NCBI GenBank assembly: GCA_964016885.1
Contig: OZ024740.1
Coordinates: forward strand, 83,018,001 to 83,082,000
DNA: 64,000 nucleotides
Source: Eledone cirrhosa
Taxonomy: Eukaryota
Direction: 5' to 3'
Position 1 is the first letter of the stretch. Every line of letters starts with the position of its first letter. Below are positions 25,786-38,489 of the stretch, piece by piece. The translations under genes and the position numbers were made by a program. The notes under the pieces were generated by a model. The model searched no databases and was not told where the DNA came from. It worked only from the letters and a program-made list of their open reading frames with translations.

Positions 25786-27058
25786 AAGAATTCGTGATAG
25801 AAGGACTCAAATTTATCTTGGAGAATAATTACTTCTTTTTCAAAAACAAATTCTACAGGCAAAAATCTGGGACGCTATGGGAACGAACACGGCACCCACT
25901 TATGCCAAGCTAGTCATGGGATACCTGGAGATCTCCCTCTACAATTATAGTACTAAATTAATTTGGAAACACTCTCCACTTAGACATAGAAAAGAAATGG
26001 AAGAGATATCTAGATGACTCCTTCATCCTTTGGCACGAAAACATCGAGAAACTTAAAGAATCTCACACCCTTATGAATGGGCTCAACCCGAATATTAACT
26101 TCACCATGGAATACAGCCATAAACAACATTAAGATTCATAACATTAAGATTCATAACAAAAATAGAAACAGACATATACTACAAGCCCACAGACTCCAAG
26201 CAGTATCTTCCTTTCAATTCATTCCACCATAGACACGTTAACATTAATATTCCCTACAACTTAGCCAAAGAATATGCACTATAGTTTCCAATAAAAACAC
26301 CTGTTACTTACGTCTACATGAACTAAAGGACACACTCATAGGCAGGGACTACCCTGTATCACTAATTGACAATGGAATCCAACGTGCCCTAAAACTCAGT
26401 ATCCAGGATCTTAGACACCTAAAGTTAATCAACCGAAAATAAAAGCTCTTCCATACATTTCCACACACAACCCCCTCAACAATGAGGCATTTGACACCAT
26501 CCTCCAGAACATCGCTGTATTAAAAAAGGACCACAGAATGAACCAAATCCTTTGAACACACGATATCATTAAGAGTAAAAGACAATCTAAGTTAATGAAA
26601 AACATCCTAACACATGCCAAAGTACTGCCAACCACAACAACGAAACCCATAGTAAAAAAAATGCGATAGACCCAACTGTGGTATATGCATCAATCTAATA
26701 GAGGGTTCGGAATTCTATTTCAAGCAATGACAACGTTTTATAGTAAAACACAATTTCACATGCGCATCTGAAAACCTAATATTTGTATTAACTTGCTCAG
26801 GTTGTCGAGGACAATACATAGGCCAGACTAAAAACAGCCCCGCCAACGCATGACTGTCCATAGATCCCAAAGCTAAATACGGGAATACAGAAAAATAGCA
26901 CTGAGTGAACACATTGATACCTCTGCCGCCGAAAATCATCCCAACTTTAGAATCTTTCCCCCCTACACATTTAAAGATAATGCCAACCACACTCAGCGCA
27001 TCAGCAAGGAATCTCACTTTATTAACAAATACGGACCCCTTCTAAACACTTCTTCTTA
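25785..27058 (+). pseudogene. Decayed PLE RT + GIY-YIG (Neptune-like)
   Basis: [80 protein letters not shown] across frames. Confidence 0.85.
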
Positions 27059-27693
27059 AGACGAACCCACAAATACACACGTGACATACATACCTACATC
27101 TGCATACATCCTACATACATTTCTATCCACATATAAACACATAGACCTACGTAAACACACATGTTCTATGGTGCAACACAAATATACACAAATTCGCATA
27201 GCTTTTGATGTTTATAGATATACACCTGCCGACACGCAAACATACATATACGCACACATGTATTGCACATTGATGGGTGCATACATATTTGTACACAAGT
27301 ATCCCATACGGCAGGGCCTAATGGATTTCCCTTGCAGTACGTACAATGTGAATTCGCACATGACAATACTATACATCATTTCACCTCTTTTATTATTGAT
27401 GTTCTTTTGAGAGAATCGTTTTTGCAAATGAATTAAAATATCGAATAGTGTACGCCATTTTTACCAGTACCACAAAAATACTGCTCCATCCACACGCACA
27501 CACACACGCATGCACAAGCGTACACTAACATACAGTCACACACACACACACACGCACACACTTCTCCGTTTAAGACAAGAGCTGGAAAATGTGTTCCAAC
27601 ATGTTACAAACACATTCCTACAGACGTACAAACGCATTCCTACTGACCGATTCATTTACTTTATGATAACAATGAACCACTTTGCTATACACA

Positions 27694-27774
<81 letters not shown>

Positions 27775-28269
27775 TCACATATTTGTTTTAATAGGCACCT
27801 GAACTGTTGACCTTTCAACATGACTGCAACTCAATAAAACGGAAAAGGACACTCTTCGACAAACCTACATTTGGCGTGAAACCAGTTCACCCTAAAATCA
27901 ATTTAAACATAGACGTGACTTCTACCGACCAATCAAAATTCTTTTGACTACAAGAATTTTTGCAACACTAATTGGCGTGAAATCTATAGTGCTTATTCAC
28001 GTGACATTCATCAACCAACCAAATCTTAATACCTCCCAAGCCACTTTTTTTCACAAAAAACAGGAAGAATTTCCAAAACGGATCAGATTAGAGCAAAAAT
28101 CACGAGCACTCTATCTCAAAATTATTTTTGAAAAGTATAACAAATGCGCAACCGCTAAAAACTTAAAACTAAAACTGAATACTAACTAATACTTATTACT
28201 AATTTATACTTATTCCTAATTAAACTATTTTTCACTGGAAAAATTTGTCAACAATTTTTATCCTTTTTA

Positions 28270-28335
<66 letters not shown>

Positions 28336-28437
28336 GTACAACGAAAATGAGACAGTTGATGTAGAATCACTTGACTTATATATAACAGAGTTCAAGCACT
28401 CGACATTATACGTTTAACCGCAATTTAATTATAATAA

Positions 28438-29255
28438 TCTATATATATAAAACTGTGGTTGTCTGTCTGTCTATCGATTTTTGGCACACATCTCCTCTTA
28501 GAATCTCTCACGGAATTGCACCGAAATTGCTATACTTGTACATTCAGCCCTAGCGAAGACATCGGAAAAAAAAATTTCAAATTGACACACCCTATGTGAC
28601 GAAATCGAATATAATGTATCGATTTTTGAGCGTAAGTGATCAGTTATTTCCCTTTGTTCTGTTTACATTGAGCGTCTTACGTAAAAAATTACGCTGGCTT
28701 TCTCAGCGTTTAAAATGACATTAACACAATACACGAACAGACAGTTGTCGAGCCAGCAAAATATTGACCTGCAAAATTCATCAGTTCGAACACTAAGCTT
28801 CCGTTTTGCTTCATTTCCATTTAAAAGCATTTTAAAACAATATTTTTACTTGAAAACAAGTCTATTTAAAGACTACGTAAAACAAGCAAATATTTCAGGC
28901 GTGCAGACAGACAGTCGTGCAGAGAGGTAATATAGGCGTGCAGACAGACATAACTGATAATTTGGTTACGCTAATGTTTTTCTCTGCGTTGCAGTGTTTA
29001 CATTTTCGATCTTTGTTAATAAATAACCAGTGCAGTTTTTATCCCCAGCATCCTCTTTTGTTATAACATTCGGGTTATCGTTATGTTTTCTTAACTTCAT
29101 GAGGCATATTGTTGGTTGAGGGAATATTAATCAAAAACACGACATGCAAGTCTGCACAGTAGACACTACAGTTTTTAAGCCAAAAAAGAAACTTAACATT
29201 GTAGCTTTAACACACCTACTGAGCGACCCCGAGCAACGCCGGGCTTTACTGCTAG
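28438..29255 (+). mobile_element. Non-autonomous Helitron
   Basis: A|TCTATATATAAAA 5' end with a (GTCT)n tract; 3' CCCGAGCAACGCCGGG hairpin followed by CTAG|T. Confidence 0.88.
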
Positions 29256-30319
29256 TACTAAATAAAATGCCATCACAATTTATTTTATTATGCGTATTTT
29301 GAAGATATAAATGTTATGTATAACATACGCCAAAACATGTTCTCTTCAGACAAAATCCACAGGATATGTAAAAGTCATTCAATATGATAGTAGTCGAGGA
29401 GCTGTTGTTCATATCGGTATCCAACAAGCATATGACGTATAAAAACCTCAACAGAGAAGGTATTATTTGAGTGGGAGAAATATTACAGCAGGTATTGACT
29501 TTTCAAATTGGCGAGAGTATGAGGACTATGGGTTGGTAAACAAATATCAAAACAAAAACAAATATTGACCGTTAGGCTATTTGTTTGTATCTTAAGTTAG
29601 ATTACATTATATACTATACTAAGGAATATATATACGAAGATGCAAATTAATAATAAAAATTATAAATTACTAATTTCGTAGATAATTAATCGAAAGTTAT
29701 GTATACAATTGAAATTAGTAGATATTATGAGAGTGGAAAATAATATTTAACAACTGGCTTTGTTAATGTATATCTGGATAGGTTATCATTATATGGGATT
29801 AATAAATTGGTTCAAGAGAAAAGATGTATTTGTTCTAGCCTAATTATTTAAAAAGGAAAATGCATGTATTATTGTCTCATATGTCAATTTATATTAAAGA
29901 TTACAATATAATTCTTATGTGACATATTGGTTCGAAAACGTCAATAACTACTGCAATATTTCTCCCACTTAAATAATATCTTCTGTGTTGTGGTTCTTAT
30001 ACCTCATATGCTTGTGAGATACAGGGGTGAACGACAGCTCCTCTGAATACCAACATATCAAATCACTTCTATATCTATCAGATTTATAGAAGCTGAATTC
30101 GTATAGAATCACTTCTCTTTGTTTTTGCCGAGAATAAATAAGTGACATAGTTACTACTTTAAAACTCACAGCAAATGTTTTCAAAATGTTTTTGATCAAA
30201 CACAGTATATTGGCAAATATACTATACACACACACACACCCACACATACACACACATACACACACACACATACACACACACACACACACATACACACATA
30301 CACACACACACATATACAG

Positions 30320-30353
<34 letters not shown>

Positions 30354-30399
30354 TAACAGATTAAATTTTAAGCAAAGAATCGCAGCTTTCACCCTTAAC

Positions 30400-30445
<46 letters not shown>

Positions 30446-30479
30446 TTTTATGTGTGTGTGTCTGTGTCTGTGTGTTTAC

Positions 30480-30643
30480 AGAAAGAGTCAGGACCGTGAC
30501 AGCTGAGCTCCGGCCGTTTCGATCGCATGTTAGGATCAAGCTGTCGAAAAAGCCGGACCTCAGCCGTCGGAATTCTAACTCACTCTACTACTCTAGTTAT
30601 CGAGTACTCAGGGGCGTTATGGTCCACCTCGTTTCTTTGTTAT
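30480..30643 (+). mobile_element. PLE-like terminal fragment with internal hairpin
   Basis: GACAGCTGAGCTCCGGC...GCCGGACCTCAGCCGTC; tail similar to the reverse complement of 3868-3980. Confidence 0.45.
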
Positions 30644-30658
30644 ATATATATATATATA

Positions 30659-30871
30659 TATAAATGTTTGAGGTTAGAAGGCCAGAACAATGCAGGTATG
30701 GATATAGAATATAAATACAAATGCAAAAGATAGCGCTGACAATTAGTCTTTTACATTAAATTCAAATAAATTTAAGGTAAAATACTAATTGTCAGCAATA
30801 TCTTTTGCATTTGTATTTATATTCTATATCCATACCTGCATTGTTCTGGCCTTCTAACCTCAAACATTTAT
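30659..30871. repeat. Foldback hairpin, ~100-bp arms
   Basis: TAAATGTTTGAGGTTAGAAGGCC...GGCCTTCTAACCTCAAACATTTA. Confidence 0.9.
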
Positions 30872-31579
30872 ACATCACTACGCAATGTTTCAACTAAACT
30901 ACAATTTTCTTCCATATATATATATGTGTGTTTATGCCTGTGGTGTGTGTGCGTGTATGGGCGTGTGTATGGCATCATGCGAACCTAATTGCGTACGTAA
31001 CCTTAGAGAAAACATTCATTACGTTTATTTTAAACACATTCGTTCGCCTTCCGAATGTTTTATATTTGATCACTATATTGCAAATTGTACCTTAAAGCAA
31101 ACCAATGTATTTGATATATTCCAACATCGTGAAGGGACATTCTTCATTTATATACTATTTTGAATCGATTATTGTATTTGAGTTAAATTACTATATTTGA
31201 GTTAAAAGAAGTTAAGTGTAAATTAGTCTAGCAACACCATTGCTGCGATAATTTTTTTTCTTTTTTTAATTGCAGCCGGTCCTAAATTTATCGATGTGAG
31301 CGATCGAATGAATGTGTGAGTGTTAAATGTCATTCGTGCGATATACACTTCAATGCTCTATAACAGCTGCTGGGAACAATTTCTTCCATCATTAATATTA
31401 TTGTACACGATATTCTACGCATTAATCAATATGGATAAAAAATTATTACAAATATTTTGGGGATTCACACATTTTCCAATTAGAAAATCCCACCCGTTTC
31501 GATAAATCAATTGGATTTCCTCCGAAGGGTCTTTGGAGTATCGTTACTCGATTGAGTCGTTTGTTCAGAAGTCAGATAA

Positions 31580-33317
31580 CACCGTGTAACAAAAAAACAT
31601 TTTTCTCTATTCCTGGCTTGTAATCACATTTTTGTGTTGCTTAGGTCCTAAATAAATAAAAAAACTGCTATAAAACAGTTACAAGTTTGGATTTGTAAAA
31701 ATGATAAGCTATTCACTAGAATTATTTGTATGCTGGATTTTAAGTTGTATGTAAGTTTAATTTGCTTATGTTAAGTGATTTTTTTTAATATATGTTTCAG
31801 GTTAAATTAAAATTATAAAATAAAGAGTAATACCTAAAGAAAATTATAAAAGTGCAATAAAATATAAGATTGTTAAAAAGTGGATTAAATAGATTTATTG
31901 ATACGGGATTTTCGCGACCTGAATGAAGGGTAAGTCGTGTTTTAAGCATTCGTCTCCAGGATTAAGCAATGGAACTTGGTCAAGGAGGAAGTGCAGGTGA
32001 CAAGTCAGAGAAGTCGACACGAACCTTTCTCAGGATTTTACACTCTTAGGGATGGCCTTTGCTTCTGCCATGACGTGCCTGGACTGTTTGAAGTCATTGG
32101 GGTACCGTTTGTGCCCAAGGAGTGGCGGCTACTTATAAACAGCTCCACCACAAGTTTGAAGGCTGTCCTCCACAATGGAAACAAATTCCCGACACTGCCC
32201 CTAGCTCATTCAGTCTGCCTGAAGGAGGATTACTACAGTGGGAAAGTCCTCTTGGAAGCTCAGCAATACAACCAGTACAATTGGGAAATCATTGGAGACT
32301 TCAAGATGGTTGCTTTCCTGCTTGGACTCCAAGCAGGCTTTATCAAATTCCAATGCTTCCTCTGCCTTTGGGACAGCAGAGCTACCTCTGACAACTACAC
32401 AAGAAAGAACTGGGAGCAGCCAGCAGAATTTTTAGTTGGGACCCGGAACGTCATGCGGGAGCCACTGGTTGATCCCAGGATTGTGCTCATGCCACCACTG
32501 TACATTAAGTTGGGGTTGATGAAGCAGTTTGTGAAGGCTCTCAATCAAGAATAAGCAGCTTTTAAGCATCTTCTTGAGTTCTTTCCAAAGTTATCTGAGA
32601 CCAAAATCAAAGGTAGAATTTTTGTTGGACCTCAGATTAAGAATGTGTTTGAGTCTACCAAGTTCTCCAATAAGCTCAATAGGATTGAGAGAACAGAATG
32701 GAACTGTTTCAAGCAGTTGTTAAGAGTTTCCTGGGCAATTACAGAGCTGAAAACTACCAACAACTGGTGCAGGATCTGATAAAGGCTTTTGGCGCCATGG
32801 GATGCAGGATGTCGCTTAAACTCCATATGCTGGACGCTCACCTGGTAAAATTCAAGGACAATATTGGCGCCTACTCAGAAGAACAAGGCAAACGATTCCA
32901 CCAAGATGTGAAAGATATAGAGCGGAGGTATCAGGGCCACTACAATGAAATAATGATGGGCGACTATATCTGGCGGCTAGTGCGGGAATGCCACCTGGAC
33001 TACAACCGCAAATCCAGGAAATCCAGTCATTTCTGACGTGTATAAGTTGCTTTATAAGTGTTATTTGTTTTTACGTTTTTGCTTTTGATAAGCTTGTGTA
33101 ATAAAATAAATATATACTCAGTTGATTTAATTATATGAACTGATAAATTTAAAAGAAATGTGTTTTTTCTTGAAAAATATGAACATTTCGAAATATCAAA
33201 CTTTTGACGAGAAAGCCAAACTTTGTATTAGGTAATTGTGTTTATATATAATAATGTGATATACCAAACCAGGAAATAATACTTAGAACCGGGGAACAAT
33301 ATATATGTTACACAGTG
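31580..33317 (+). mobile_element. Chapaev3 (CMC superfamily) DNA transposon, internally deleted
   Basis: TIRs CAC(C/T)GTGTAACA at both ends, 3-bp TSD TAA (31577-31579 and 33318-33320), transposase relic inside. Confidence 0.82.
31960..33036 (+). pseudogene. Chapaev3-type transposase C-terminal half (stop + frameshift)
   Basis: EWRLLI.SS..SLKAVLHNGN, CFLCLWDSRA, PPLYIKLGLMKQFVKAL, MSLKLH, SEEQG.RFHQD, ERRYQG. Confidence 0.85.
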
Positions 33318-33389
33318 TAATCACTCCATGTAGAGCAGCTATTTATCCTAATTGAGAGATCATAGCTCCGATATTATGGCCATGTGTTT

Positions 33390-35070
33390 AGTAAGATTTT
33401 CTCCTTGTTCTTCTAGGATTATAACTATGGTGGTATCTTATCCTGGATTTACAAACTTTTATATGTTTTATTATCCATGTTACCAGTTGTACGTCCGAAA
33501 TAGCCGTTTTGTTCGTTTGTGACTTTTGTTTTACATCTCTCATTGGGGCTTTTATCATCAGGTTGGTGCTTGGAATATCTATATTCCTTGATTTCATTTA
33601 GGTACCTATCATCGTTTATATCCTGCGTTTTATAAGAATTGTTATAGTAGTCAGGGCGTTCCTTAATTATATCTAAAGAGGCAGAGCGTTGGGAAACTCT
33701 AAGTGGCATATTCTTAACTATAGATTTTATTATTCATTTTCTTGTGGTGGGATGATTAGTATAATAACTAATATGTGATAGGTTCTCATTATTCTTACGA
33801 TATGGTTCAAGTAGATCAGAATTAAGATTTAAAGATATGTCTAAGAAGGTGACAAGTCTAAAATTATGCTCAAACGTTATTTTTAAGCCAATATGATTGA
33901 GGAATGATCTAGTATGTTTTCTCATTCTTTATAAAACCTGACCCATATTCATCTCTGAATATGCCCCCTTGAAAATATTTAAGTTCACTATGTAGTTTTG
34001 GCACTATGTAGATGCCACCTATATCTGTGCTGAATTACTCGATCCTATGGTCATGTCAAAACTATTAATCCTATTTCTACGTAAACTGTATTAATCCTCA
34101 AACATTATAACTGATCTTTTAGCTGATATCACTATATTAATTTCTTACTTGGGTATGTCATAGTGAAAGTGAGAGCTTTGTTAAGGAGAATAGATGTTAT
34201 AGATGCATATTCGTCATTGATATCGAATTGTATAAATTTAGATACATCCTTATCTTCTAAGTCAGTAAACCGCTCAATTACCAGACTGTATTTTATTTGA
34301 GCTATTACCATATCTAATATATATATGGTTATGTGACCTATAACTGTCAACGGGGGCACATTAATCTAATAGAAGTGTTAGAATCGAAATTGCTCTTATG
34401 TTCCTAAAGGTTAAAAGTAGGGCACCTCGGAAGAAACGGTTGAGTCCTATCTGCTATGTCTAATTTATTTACTGTAGTTAGAGCCTCATCATTGATATAT
34501 GTTATGATAGATTCGCATGTTTTTTAATATATATTCTGAATATCCATAGGTATAAAATTCTTATAGGTAACCATATCCATGGAGTAGATGTTACCTGTTT
34601 TATCAGATTTAACTAGTAATCGATGCGTATTTCTGAGCTTATCAATTAATGATTGTAGATACTTTTGGAATTTACTTTTTGCTTTCGTCTCTTAAATTTA
34701 ATCTTACTGATCATATCCATCAGGTTGTATTCAAATGCTTCGAGGTGTGGGTTATTTGGTGGATTTCTGTAGGATTTAAATACATATTTGTCATTCAGAG
34801 AGCTTCTATTATATTCATGAGTGGTACTTTCTTTATCAAACTGGTTTGCTCTCCATCTTATTCATCGAGTAAAGTCGATATGTATGCATACACTCTTCTA
34901 AAAATCATAAACCTCGAAGTTGATGAGGTGATGGAAAGAAGCCAAAAAATACGAAATTTCGTAATCTATCCTGCGATTCGACCATCACTATCTATAGGAT
35001 ACAGTTGTAAGTCATATTTGTAAATTAGAAATTTACCATATAATAACTGACATGACATTAGTGAATACCA
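33390..35070 (-). pseudogene. Decayed Naiad-type PLE
   Basis: KFIQFDI...SIT..LLNKAL.F, FDMTIGS, TFLDISLNL, PYRK.NE.L..I...NHP; paralogous to 21287-22960. Confidence 0.78.
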
Positions 35071-35349
35071 GGCAGGAACGAATTTTTTTTATTACAGACT
35101 CAATAAATTATAAACTTTTGCTTACTATGATCCACACTAATAGGAGATTTTATCCTGCTACCTAGTCACTTATTTCTCTAATCTACCATAATGAATTTAT
35201 TGTAACTTTATTATGGTCATATCTTTGCTGGGCAATTCGTGACCTCTTTAAAGTAATGCCGGTCGTATTCCTATCTGTAAAGACCACATAATTGTCAATC
35301 TGATATATGTACATCGAACAATATTATTATTGTTATTTTTATTATTATT

Positions 35350-35480
35350 CCGCCGACGTTAGCTTTGCATTTCATCCTTACGGGGGTCACTAAAATAAAG
35401 CATCAGTAAGCACTGGGGTCGTTTTTATCAACTTCCCCTTTCCAAAAATTGCTGATCTTGTGCCTGTTGTAGAAAGTATC
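35350..35480 (+). mobile_element. 5'-truncated SINE, longer older variant
   Basis: Core plus an extra GGGGTCG...ACTTCCCC segment before the tail. Confidence 0.65.
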
Positions 35481-35539
35481 ATTAATATTATTTTTGCTAT
35501 ACCAACACTACTACAACTAAGTTTCTGTTATTATTTAGA

Positions 35540-35720
35540 GCAGTATCGGTAGAGGGTCGGACGCCATGCTTTGACGTATAGAGTTACGGCCCTTAACATT
35601 CTGAGTTCAAATCCCGCCGTGGTTAACTTTGTCTTTCATCCTTACGGGGTCGATAAAATAAAGTACCAGGAATACACTGGTAATTGCTGGCCTTGTGCCA
35701 AAAGTAGAAACAATTATTTA
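35540..35720 (+). mobile_element. tRNA-derived CORE-type SINE
   Basis: B box, core and tail. Confidence 0.85.
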
Positions 35721-36474
35721 GAGTGAGTATATTTTCAGCTAATAATGGTCCACATAATTTGTAGAAGAGAATTTACTTTTCATTTACCACTCCCCTAATA
35801 CTCTTTATAGAATTCCCGTCCCTACTCACTCTTATCTGTATTAATTTATCTACATTTATCTTATCCTTCCCTCCCTCTTTCATTTCTTCCTCTTAATTTT
35901 CACCTTCTTACTTTCTTCATCGTTCTTCCTTCTTTCGTCATCTTTACATGTCTTTCTATGAAAAATACTATCCTGCATAAATTGCTTCCTTTCTATTGTT
36001 TTCTTTGTGTTGATTCTTTTTTTTCTTTTCTTTTGTTTCCTTCAATTTTTGCTTGCGTTCTATATATCACTATATGTGAAAATGTTCTTATTCCACTTTG
36101 AAAATCTGTAGTGTCTATATATAATGTTTTGAGTAATTGGATTCGATTTAATTTGTTTGAAGGTGTCAATATTTAGCGATTCTAGACTGCTTATATAACA
36201 AATACGAACAAACACCTGTCAGTGTTATGCAATTAATGATGAACTCTTCTGGAATGTGGAATTTCAAATATTTTTTTGTAAATTACTTTATATACACCAT
36301 AAATTGTTACATGTCGTACCTGATAGTAGAAACATCCCAGGATTTCTCAAATGATACAATTCGACCATTGAGTAGAACACTACTGTATGCGACTTCAGTT
36401 TCTTGTTACATAATTACTAAAATAATTGATTAGACTAAACTGAATACTACTATAATTTTCTCTCTCTCTCTCTC

Positions 36475-36510
<36 letters not shown>

Positions 36511-36632
36511 GACAAACATAGAATATTCGAAAATATTCTGTATGTTTATAATAAACATTTTGAAGACCTAATCACTATAGAATAGAATACGTCACGTATT
36601 ACAATTTGAGATTCTCGATAAAAGTAAGGGAA

Positions 36633-36675
36633 GTAATCTACGCGTTTCATTCTTGTTAGAAATCTTCAGGATTAC
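36633..36675 (-). ncRNA. Type I hammerhead ribozyme
   Basis: GTAATC-CTGAAGA-tTTCtaacaaGAAt-GAAA-CGCG-TA-GATTAC on the minus strand. Confidence 0.85.
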
Positions 36676-36944
36676 ATATCCAATACTTTTATCGAGAACG
36701 ACACAGCTAGAGACTTATAGAATACTTAGCTGTGTACAGGAACTGGTTTGATAGAGCGGTAGCCGGTCCGGCAGAAATTAGAATTTGGATTTAATGCTCT
36801 GAAATAGCGATATGTATGTGAAGACACACATAGAATATTCGAAAATATTCTGTATGTTTATAATAAACATTTTGAAGACCTAATCGCTATAGAATAGAAT
36901 ACGTCACGTATTACAATTTGAGATTCTTGATAAAAGTAAGGGAA

Positions 36945-36987
36945 GTAATCTACGCGTTTCATTCTTGTTAGAAATCTTCAGGATTAC
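36945..36987 (-). ncRNA. Type I hammerhead ribozyme
   Basis: Identical motif, minus strand. Confidence 0.85.
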
Positions 36988-37028
36988 ATATCCAATACTT
37001 TTATCGAGAACGACACAGCTAGAGACTT

Positions 37029-37292
37029 ATGAATGTAGGGACCTTAAAAGGCCGCTCAAACGAGGTTGTAGAAATGCTTGAACGTAAGGAGGTTGATGTC
37101 TGCTGTATCCAAGAGACCAGGTGGAGGGGTGGGTCTGCTAGATTCATTGTGGGTAAAAAACGATGCTATAAGCTTTTCTGGGTAGGAAATGACAATGGGC
37201 TGGGTGGGGTACGAATCATGTTAGCAGAAAAATGGGTGGATAAGATAATAGACGTAAATAGAGTAAACGACAGAATAATTAAAATAAGACTT
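37029..37292 (+). pseudogene. RTE LINE APE-endonuclease N-terminal fragment
   Basis: NVGTLKGRS.EVVEML, DVCCIQETRWRG, YKLFW.G, RVNDRIIKIRL. Confidence 0.88.
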
Positions 37293-37548
37293 ATCGAGAA
37301 TCTCAAATTGTAATACGTGACGTATTCTATTCTATAGCGATTAGGTCTTCAAAATGTTTATTATAAACATACAGAATATTTTCGAATATTCTATGTTTGT
37401 CTTCACATGTATATCGCTATTTCAGAGCATTAAATCCAAATTCTAATTTCTGCCGGACCGGCTACCGCTCTATCAAACCAGTTCCTGTACACAGCTAAGT
37501 ATTCTATAAGTCTCTAGCTGTGTCGTTCTCGATAAAAGTATTGGATAT

Positions 37549-37591
37549 GTAATCCTGAAGATTTCTAACAAGAATGAAACGCGTAGATTAC
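37549..37591 (+). ncRNA. Type I hammerhead ribozyme
   Basis: GTAATC-CTGAAGA-tttctaacaagaat-GAAA-CGCG-TA-GATTAC. Confidence 0.87.
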
Positions 37592-37860
37592 TTCCCTTAC
37601 TTTTATCGAGAATCTCAAATTGTAATACGTGACGTATTCTATTCTATAGCGATTAGGTCTTCAAAATGTTTATTATAAACATACAGAATATTTTCGAATA
37701 TTCTATGTTTGTCTTCACATATATATCGCTATTTCAGAGCATTAAATCCAAATTCTAATTTCTGCCGGACCGGCTACCGCTCTATCAAACCAGTTCCTAT
37801 ACACAGCTAAGTATTCTATAAGTCTCTAGCTGTGTCGTTCTCGATAAAAGTATTGGATAT

Positions 37861-37903
37861 GTAATCCTGAAGATTTCTAACAAGAATGAAAGGCGTAGAT
37901 TAC
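37861..37903 (+). ncRNA. Type I hammerhead ribozyme (stem III mutated)
   Basis: Same motif but GAAA-GGCG-TA. Confidence 0.7.
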
Positions 37904-38060
37904 TTCCCTTACTTTTATCGAGAATCTCAAATTGTAATACGTGACGTATTCTATTCTATAGCGATTAGGTCTTCAAAATGTTTATTATAAACATACAGAA
38001 TATTTTCGAATATTCTATGTTTGTCTTCACATATATATCGCTATTTCAGAGCATTAAATC

Positions 38061-38114
<54 letters not shown>

Positions 38115-38259
38115 ATACTTTGGGAGGGTCATGTTGCCAATAAGAAACATACGCACCAGTGCTTTCACTTCAATTTATTATAATAAATTTATAAATTTAG
38201 GAATTTATAAATTTCTGGTTGGTTGGTTGGTTCCACAACCAGATAGTTGTTTATATGTT

Positions 38260-38302
38260 GTCAAAGTTCTTTCGTCACACATTATGTGACCTCTTCAGTG
38301 AC
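38260..38302 (-). ncRNA. Type I hammerhead ribozyme in pLTR
   Basis: Minus: GTCA-CTGAAGA-gGTCACAtaatgTGTGAC-GAAA-gaac-TT-TGAC. The second copy at ~42179-42221 has GAAA changed to AAAA. Confidence 0.65.
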
Positions 38303-38489
38303 TGGGGATTCTTTTCTTTGTTTTTGTGACTCTCCTTTGTTCTGTCCTACGCCATTTTGTTTCTGTGTGTGTGTTGTGTGCTCAGTCTGCGCATGCGCCA
38401 CATCCGGGTGTCTGTGTGTGTTTATATTTGTTTATTTATTTGTTTATTTACATGTTACAGGTTGGTTGTTTGTTCTATGTGTGTGTGTG

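Larger units (their letters stand above)
36507..38064. mobile_element. Retrozyme-like array: 312-bp non-coding unit, ~1.7 copies (-) and ~2.5 copies (+), flanked by (TA)n
   Basis: Period of 312 bp between HHRs (36633/36945 and 37549/37861); copies nearly identical; arms inverted around 37030-37292. Confidence 0.82.

Noticed and set aside
36507-38064. CRISPR array or ordinary satellite
   Set aside because: No unique spacers or cas genes, eukaryotic context; few copies, each with an HHR.
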